Positions 16,186-20,605 of a stretch of DNA of 20,605 nucleotides are shown piece after piece. The notes under the pieces were generated by a model. It made no database searches. It was not told the origin of the DNA and saw nothing but the letters and a program-made list of their open reading frames with translations. The stretch is taken from NCBI GenBank assembly GCA_041690595.1, contig JAWLHB010000006.1, positions 248,001 through 268,605 of the forward strand. Reading direction: 5' to 3'. Numbering within the stretch: position 1 is the first letter of the stretch; each line of letters opens with the position of its first letter. A program made the position numbers and the translations under genes. This DNA is from Lentisphaeria bacterium. Its GTDB lineage: Bacteria; Verrucomicrobiota; Lentisphaeria; JABSQK01; JAWLHB01.

Positions 16186-16752
16186 CTATTTGAAATAAAT
16201 GCTATCTTCCGATGTTGGCTGCGGCAAGCTATTTCGCTCATCTATCAACGTTTCGCCATCCATTATTACTTCAATATGTGTAACCATTCCTTGATTATCA
16301 ACCTCCACCAAAAACTTGTCGTTATCCCTTCTAATCATCACTGCCTCCAAAGAACCGTCGGCTCGATAAGAAATTCCCTTCATGGTTTTTCCGTCTACAG
16401 AAAATCCCTCAGCATGTAAACTACCATCAGGATGCCAATAAAGCTGCTTTCCATGCTTCACGCCATTGTAGTAGTGTTCTTCCAGTACGCGATTGCCGTC
16501 TGCATACCACTGTTCCTGAAGTCCATGCAATTTTCCGTCTACATAACGATTTCGCATACTCAAGCTTACGTCTTCCAGCCAAAACTCCACCGTCTTGTGA
16601 GGTCCATCCGTAGTGACAACCGATTCAATTTGCCCGTTGTCATAAAGCTCAAGCTTACGTTGTGTTGTTTCATCACGGTCACCATGAGAGCAAGATACAA
16701 GCAGGCAACAGCCTGCTACTATAGCAGCCTTGATCAGAATGCCTTTCATCAT
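16186..16752 (-). CDS. Lipoprotein with MORN-variant repeats (YwqK antitoxin-like)
   Basis: Start moved to ATG 16752 (RBS AAAGGA). Lipobox LVSC. Repeats YVDGKLHGLQEQWYADGN, YYNGVKHGKQLYWHPDGSL and VDGKTMKGISYRADGSL. Confidence 0.8.
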   Translation of the reverse strand: MMKGILIKAAIVAGCCLLVSCSHGDRDETTQRKLELYDNGQIESVVTTDGPHKTVEFWLEDVSLSMRNRYVDGKLHGLQEQWYADGNRVLEEHYYNGVKHGKQLYWHPDGSLHAEGFSVDGKTMKGISYRADGSLEAVMIRRDNDKFLVEVDNQGMVTHIEVIMDGETLIDERNSLPQPTSEDSIYFK

Positions 16753-16842
16753 AACTGTTCCTTTCGAAGAGCGTCGCGCATGTCTGCCAGATGTGGATGC
16801 TTCGCTCTGGGTAACCCATGTGGTTGCTCGACCATGGAAGGC

Positions 16843-16872
16843 AATATGCTCATCGCTCCCGCCCTTTGTCAA
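16843..16872 (-). promoter_or_regulatory. Putative sigma-70-type promoter for the islet genes
   Basis: Minus strand TTGACA-18 bp-CATATT, about 90 bp upstream of ATG 16752. Confidence 0.4.
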
Positions 16873-17255
16873 GCAAGTCGAAACCATGATCTTCATCCGC
16901 GCAGCCGGTCCCATGGAATTGCGCTTCGACGGAGGGGATGGGTGGACGCAGTGGACGCAACATTGAATGGGGCTGATGCGTGGTCGGGAAGTATACCCAG
17001 TCCGTCGGTGGACGGCCACTTCGTGGTTAGGAAGTATTGACGCAGCCCGGTTGGGCAAGGGGGCGATAGGAGACGGCATGAACAGAGTGAATGCGGCACG
17101 CTCGAAGGAGCAACAGGTCGCCGCTCAGAGAGCGGCTCGGTCGCGGTTCGGAGAATTCCTTACCAATGAGTCCCGCGGAATTGAAGCTCACGTGCGCCTT
17201 TCAGGCGTAGCGGCATTGCCCCACGGCATGGTTAGGTGCCGGTATATCTCACGGA

Positions 17256-17303
17256 AAGGTACGATGGGGAATATCAATGCAAGAGCATCATACCTGAAAG
17301 AGC
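17256..17303. repeat. Copy B of the imperfect direct repeat
   Basis: AAGGTACGATggggaatatCAATGCAAGAGCATCATaCCtGAAAGAGC, separated by 10 bp from the DUF5989 stop codon. Confidence 0.85.
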
Positions 17304-17313
17304 TGGGACGGCA

Positions 17314-17463
17314 TCAGAACAAGGTATAGATGAAGGGTGCGATGGTCGGTCCGGCGAAGACGATCAGCAGCCCCAGCAGAAGCAGGGCGAGGATGATGGG
17401 CATCAGCCAGTACTTCTTGCGTGTTCGCATGAATCCCCAAAGGTCTTTCAGCAGGTCCCACAT
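17314..17463 (-). CDS. DUF5989 family small membrane protein (SxtK-like), absent from the supplied ORF track
   Basis: Hand translation MWDLLKDLWGFMRTRKKYWLMPIILALLLLGLLIVFAGPTIAPFIYTLF (49 aa) with the characteristic RKKYWL.P and APFIYTLF motifs. TGATG overlap with the SxtJ-family gene. Confidence 0.9.
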   Translation of the reverse strand: MWDLLKDLWGFMRTRKKYWLMPIILALLLLGLLIVFAGPTIAPFIYTLF

Positions 17464-17870
17464 CAGTAGGGATGCTCCATATGATCAGGTGGCGGTTTGC
17501 GGCTCTGGCAGCGGTAGCTGCCTGCCACTGCGTCGAAGCGCAGGTGAAGCGGATTCTTGCCCATCAGGCGAAGGAGCAGGCCAAGTGGCGTCATCATCAG
17601 GAAGAAAACCAGCCCCAGCAGTATACGGGTGTTGACCCAGCCTAGGATGCGACCAAGCGCGGCCCAGCCGATGTAGAGTGGCTTCAGGAGGAGCGGCGCG
17701 ACCAGTGCGGTCAACGCCACCAGCACGCCGACGACAAAGGGCCACGCCTGCCAGGAATACCTGAAGAGCCACGGCATCGTCAGCCCGATCCAGATGACGA
17801 AAATGGCTCCGAAGATCAGCCCGAACTGGCGGAGGATCTGCTTGTTGAGAGGTGGATGATTGTTTCTCAT
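17463..17870 (-). CDS. SxtJ family membrane protein
   Basis: LRQFGLIF, APLLLKPLYIGW, LGWVNTRILLGLVFFLMMTPLGLLLRLMGKNPL and MEHPY. Start ATG 17870 overlaps the carbamoyltransferase stop (TGATG). Confidence 0.85.
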   Translation of the reverse strand: MRNNHPPLNKQILRQFGLIFGAIFVIWIGLTMPWLFRYSWQAWPFVVGVLVALTALVAPLLLKPLYIGWAALGRILGWVNTRILLGLVFFLMMTPLGLLLRLMGKNPLHLRFDAVAGSYRCQSRKPPPDHMEHPY

Positions 17871-19711
17871 CAGTCCAACTGGTACTCCCGTTGCCATGCG
17901 TCATCCTTCGATCCCGCGGGCTGATCCGACTTCGAGAGCAGGGCATCCTCCAAGACCAGATAATCCATTTCCGTGCGCATGAAACAGCGATATGCGTCCT
18001 CCGGGGTACAGACGATCGGTTCGCCACGAACATTGAAGCTCGTGTTGATGAGAACCGGGCATCCGGTCAACGCCTCGAACTCCCGCAGCAGTGCATGAAA
18101 GCGCGGGTTGGTTTCCCGATGCACCGTCTGTACACGCGCCGAGCCATCGACATGCGTTACCGCCGGAATGCGGCTGCGAGTCGCGTTCAATCTGGCCAGG
18201 CCGGAAAGCGCTTCCTGATCGGGCGTTGTTGCGATACACTTGTCTGCCCGAACATTGGCCACAAGTAGCATATACGGGCTCGGGCACTGCAGATCGAACC
18301 ATTCGCTCACTCTCTCGGCCAGGACTGCCGGAGCAAAGGGGCGGAACGACTCTCGATACTTGATCTTCAAGTTCATGATGGACTGCATGTGCGGAGATCT
18401 GGGATCGCCGATGATTGAACGTGCGCCAAGGGCACGCGGCCCAAATTCCATGCGGCCATGAAACCAGCCGACCACCTTGCCTTCCGCGACCAGCTCCGCC
18501 ACCCGACGCAGCAGCACGGACTCCTCGTACACAGTGAATGGCGCCTTCGCCTCGCGAAGATAGCCCTCAATCTCAACCATGCCAAAGGCCGGCCCCAAGT
18601 AAGTGCCGCATACGGCATCACGGCCCTTCGGGTTGGCGCGCTCCTGCTGGCGATAGCCATGCCAGGCCGCGTAGGCGGCACCCAGCGCCCCGCCGGCATC
18701 GCCGGCCGCGGGCTGAATCCAGATCTCGTCGAACGGACCTTCACGCAGCAGACGCCCATTGGCAACGCAATTGAGCGCCACGCCTCCCGCCAGGCAGAGC
18801 TGCCGCATGCCGGTCTCCGCGTGCAACGTCCTGGCGAGGCGCAGGACGATCTCCTCGGTCACCACCTGCACGGACTTCGCCAGATCCATCTCCCGCTGAG
18901 AGATCGCCGATTCGGGTTGGCGCGGGGGACCGTCGAAAAGCCGGTCGAAGCGGCGGCTGGTCATGGTGAGGCCGACAGGATAGTTGAAGTAGGCCATGTC
19001 GAGCCGAAAGGTACCATCCGGTTTGAGGTCGAGGAGGTGGTCAAGGATAGCCTGCACATAAACAGGCTGACCGTATGGGGCGAGACCCATGAGCTTGTAT
19101 TCGCCGGAATTGACTTTGAAGCCGGCCTGATAGGTGAAGGCGCTGTATAGCAGGCCCAGCGAATGGGGGAAATCGAGCTGCCAAAGAGGCTCCAGATCCT
19201 TGCCTTTGCCTCGCCAGGCAGTCGTCGTCGCCCATTCGCCAACGCCGTCCAGGCAGAGGACGGCAGCTTCGTTGAAGGGGCTGGGATAGAAGGCGGACGC
19301 CGCATGCGCTTCGTGGTGTTCGGTGAAGAGCAGCCTCGGGCAGGCTGACGCCTTTCCGTCCGCCAGTGCCAGCAACTCCCGCTTGAGGATGACCTTCAGC
19401 ATCAGCTTTTCCTTCAGCCAGGCGGGCATCGCCATGGCAAAGGAGGCAAAGCCTCTGGGCGCGAAAGCCAGATAGGTCTCCAGCAGGCGTTCGAACTTCA
19501 CCAGAGGCTTGTCGTAGAAGACCACTGCGTCCACGCAATCGATTCCCAGCCGCGCCTCCCGGAGGCAGTAACGCACCGCATTCACGGGGAAATCCCGATC
19601 ATGCCGCAAGCGGCTGAATCGCTCCTCCTGGCCGGCCGCCACAAGTTTCCCATCGATCAGCAGTGCAGCGGCACTGTCATGATAATAGGCGGAAATACCA
19701 AGGATGATCAT
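17870..19711 (-). CDS. O-carbamoyltransferase, NodU/CmcH/SxtI family
   Basis: MIILGISAYYHDSAAAL, QEERFSR, EHHEAHAASAF, DGVGE, SGEYKLMGLAPYG, AGGVALNCVANG, EFGPRALGARS, KYRESFRPFAP and NTSFNVRGEPIV. Start moved to ATG 19711 (613 aa). Confidence 0.95.
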   Translation of the reverse strand: MIILGISAYYHDSAAALLIDGKLVAAGQEERFSRLRHDRDFPVNAVRYCLREARLGIDCVDAVVFYDKPLVKFERLLETYLAFAPRGFASFAMAMPAWLKEKLMLKVILKRELLALADGKASACPRLLFTEHHEAHAASAFYPSPFNEAAVLCLDGVGEWATTTAWRGKGKDLEPLWQLDFPHSLGLLYSAFTYQAGFKVNSGEYKLMGLAPYGQPVYVQAILDHLLDLKPDGTFRLDMAYFNYPVGLTMTSRRFDRLFDGPPRQPESAISQREMDLAKSVQVVTEEIVLRLARTLHAETGMRQLCLAGGVALNCVANGRLLREGPFDEIWIQPAAGDAGGALGAAYAAWHGYRQQERANPKGRDAVCGTYLGPAFGMVEIEGYLREAKAPFTVYEESVLLRRVAELVAEGKVVGWFHGRMEFGPRALGARSIIGDPRSPHMQSIMNLKIKYRESFRPFAPAVLAERVSEWFDLQCPSPYMLLVANVRADKCIATTPDQEALSGLARLNATRSRIPAVTHVDGSARVQTVHRETNPRFHALLREFEALTGCPVLINTSFNVRGEPIVCTPEDAYRCFMRTEMDYLVLEDALLSKSDQPAGSKDDAWQREYQLD

Positions 19712-19831
19712 GAAAAGATAGTCAAGACTCCGTTTCCGCACGGCGGTGACGATGTGATAATCCTGAAATGTGCGGTACCTTGAGTCAATGTCAAGGATCG
19801 CAATGTCAACATGGTCTTTGGAGCCCCCTCC

Positions 19832-20521
19832 ATGAGCAAGGAATTGCAGGATAAACAGCCAACCGGGAAGAGCGCTTCCGCGAGGCACCGCTGGCAACAT
19901 GCAGTGCGTTCCCGGCCCTGGCTTGGCAAGCTGCTTGCGACAGGGTTGGGCTGCTTCATGGTGTTGATTCTGGTCCTGATGCTCGAAGGGGCGGCCGTGG
20001 CTCTGCGGTCCGCGAAAGGGCTCTACACCTATCCTTTTCTGGTGTGCCAAAATCGGCCGCGCGACCTGCGGGCGGCAAGTGGGGGCTACCGTCATCTGGA
20101 TCCTCAACTGGGCTATGCCGCCGCCGAGCCGTTCGAGACCTTCGGCGACCCCTCCGACCCGCGGGCCTATCGCATTCTTACCCTCGGCGGCTCAACGGCC
20201 GACACCAGATACGATGCGAACAACTGGCCTGGCCAACTCTACGACCGCCTTCGGGCGAGCGGGCAGCCGGTCGTGCTCTTCAATGGCGGCATCGTCGGCT
20301 ACACGACCAGTCAGGAGTTGTTCAAGTTGCTGCGTGACGGGCTGCTGCTCCAACCAGATCTGGTTATCTCGGTGAATGGGATCAATGACTGGGGCGCATT
20401 CCTGGTCGAAGACCACCCAATGGTCAACACGTACCAGCATTACCTTCTGCAGCAGTTGACAGGCGAAACTGGCCCCAATCCCCCTACCCTGCTGCCCAAC
20501 CTGATCACCAGACCTCAGTAA
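19832..20521 (+). CDS. Membrane-anchored SGNH/GDSL hydrolase family protein, probably C-terminally truncated
   Basis: N-terminal TM helix, block I ILTLGGST, block II FNGGIVGYTTSQE and block III VISVNGIND. No block V DxxH before TAA 20519-20521. GGAG precedes ATG 19832. Confidence 0.75.
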   Translation: MSKELQDKQPTGKSASARHRWQHAVRSRPWLGKLLATGLGCFMVLILVLMLEGAAVALRSAKGLYTYPFLVCQNRPRDLRAASGGYRHLDPQLGYAAAEPFETFGDPSDPRAYRILTLGGSTADTRYDANNWPGQLYDRLRASGQPVVLFNGGIVGYTTSQELFKLLRDGLLLQPDLVISVNGINDWGAFLVEDHPMVNTYQHYLLQQLTGETGPNPPTLLPNLITRPQ

Positions 20522-20605
20522 AGCTGTAAAATAGAACGCCCGCTTTTTTCGTGCCATGAGGCAAACCGGGCGGGCTACCGGTACAGTGATAAGAACCTCT
20601 GCAAA

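Larger units (their letters stand above)
14471..17303. mobile_element. Putative horizontally acquired islet bounded by direct repeats, with no mobility gene
   Basis: Flanking ~49 bp repeats. Hand-counted GC is 20/60 at 15001-15060 and at 15481-15540 versus 43/60 at 13801-13860. Carries three co-oriented ORFs. Confidence 0.6.

Noticed and set aside
16753..17079. 109 aa N-terminal extension of the MORN-variant ORF in the ORF track
   Set aside because: The signal peptide, RBS and GC shift all point to ATG 16752. The extension runs through repeat DNA (CVHCVH arises from the GTGGACGCA repeat).
14566..17237. Integron cassette array interpretation of the AT-rich genes (GCTTAAC at 14566, GTTAGGT at 17231)
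   Set aside because: No paired RYYYAAC...GTTRRRY attC-sized palindromes follow the ORFs in gene orientation, and no integron integrase is present.
14471..17303. CRISPR or tRNA-derived att interpretation of the direct repeat
   Set aside because: Only two copies 2.8 kb apart, no spacers or cas genes, and no tRNA cloverleaf, T-loop or CCA end visible.
17314..19711. Saxitoxin biosynthesis cluster
   Set aside because: Only sxtI/J/K-like genes are present, with no sxtA, sxtG or other core genes in the window.
19712..20107. 132 aa N-terminal extension of the carbamoyltransferase
   Set aside because: It overlaps the divergent SGNH gene, and the family's N-terminus begins at MIILGIS (19711).

Overview
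GC-rich bacterial window (PVC/Lentisphaerae-like gene content is an inference) dominated by carbohydrate and stress genes. In order: 3' part of a large putative glycoside-hydrolase-like gene; an amidohydrolase; a GT4 glycosyltransferase and GH130-like pair divergent from a YciF/DUF892 ferritin-like gene, with back-to-back sigma-54-type promoters; an unusual protein with two tandem GrpE-like domains; a GH38 alpha-mannosidase; a sugar-phosphate isomerase-like TIM barrel; a GlsB/YeaQ/YmgE membrane protein; a Gfo/Idh/MocA oxidoreductase; a ~2.8 kb integrase-free islet of three AT-rich exported-protein genes bounded by an imperfect ~49 bp direct repeat that contains a promoter-like motif; a translationally coupled carbamoyltransferase-SxtJ-DUF5989 (sxtIJK-like) triad; and a divergent SGNH hydrolase that looks C-terminally truncated near the window end. 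No rRNA, tRNA, CRISPR array, integrase or transposase was seen. All family calls come from motif recognition by eye, not from database searches.
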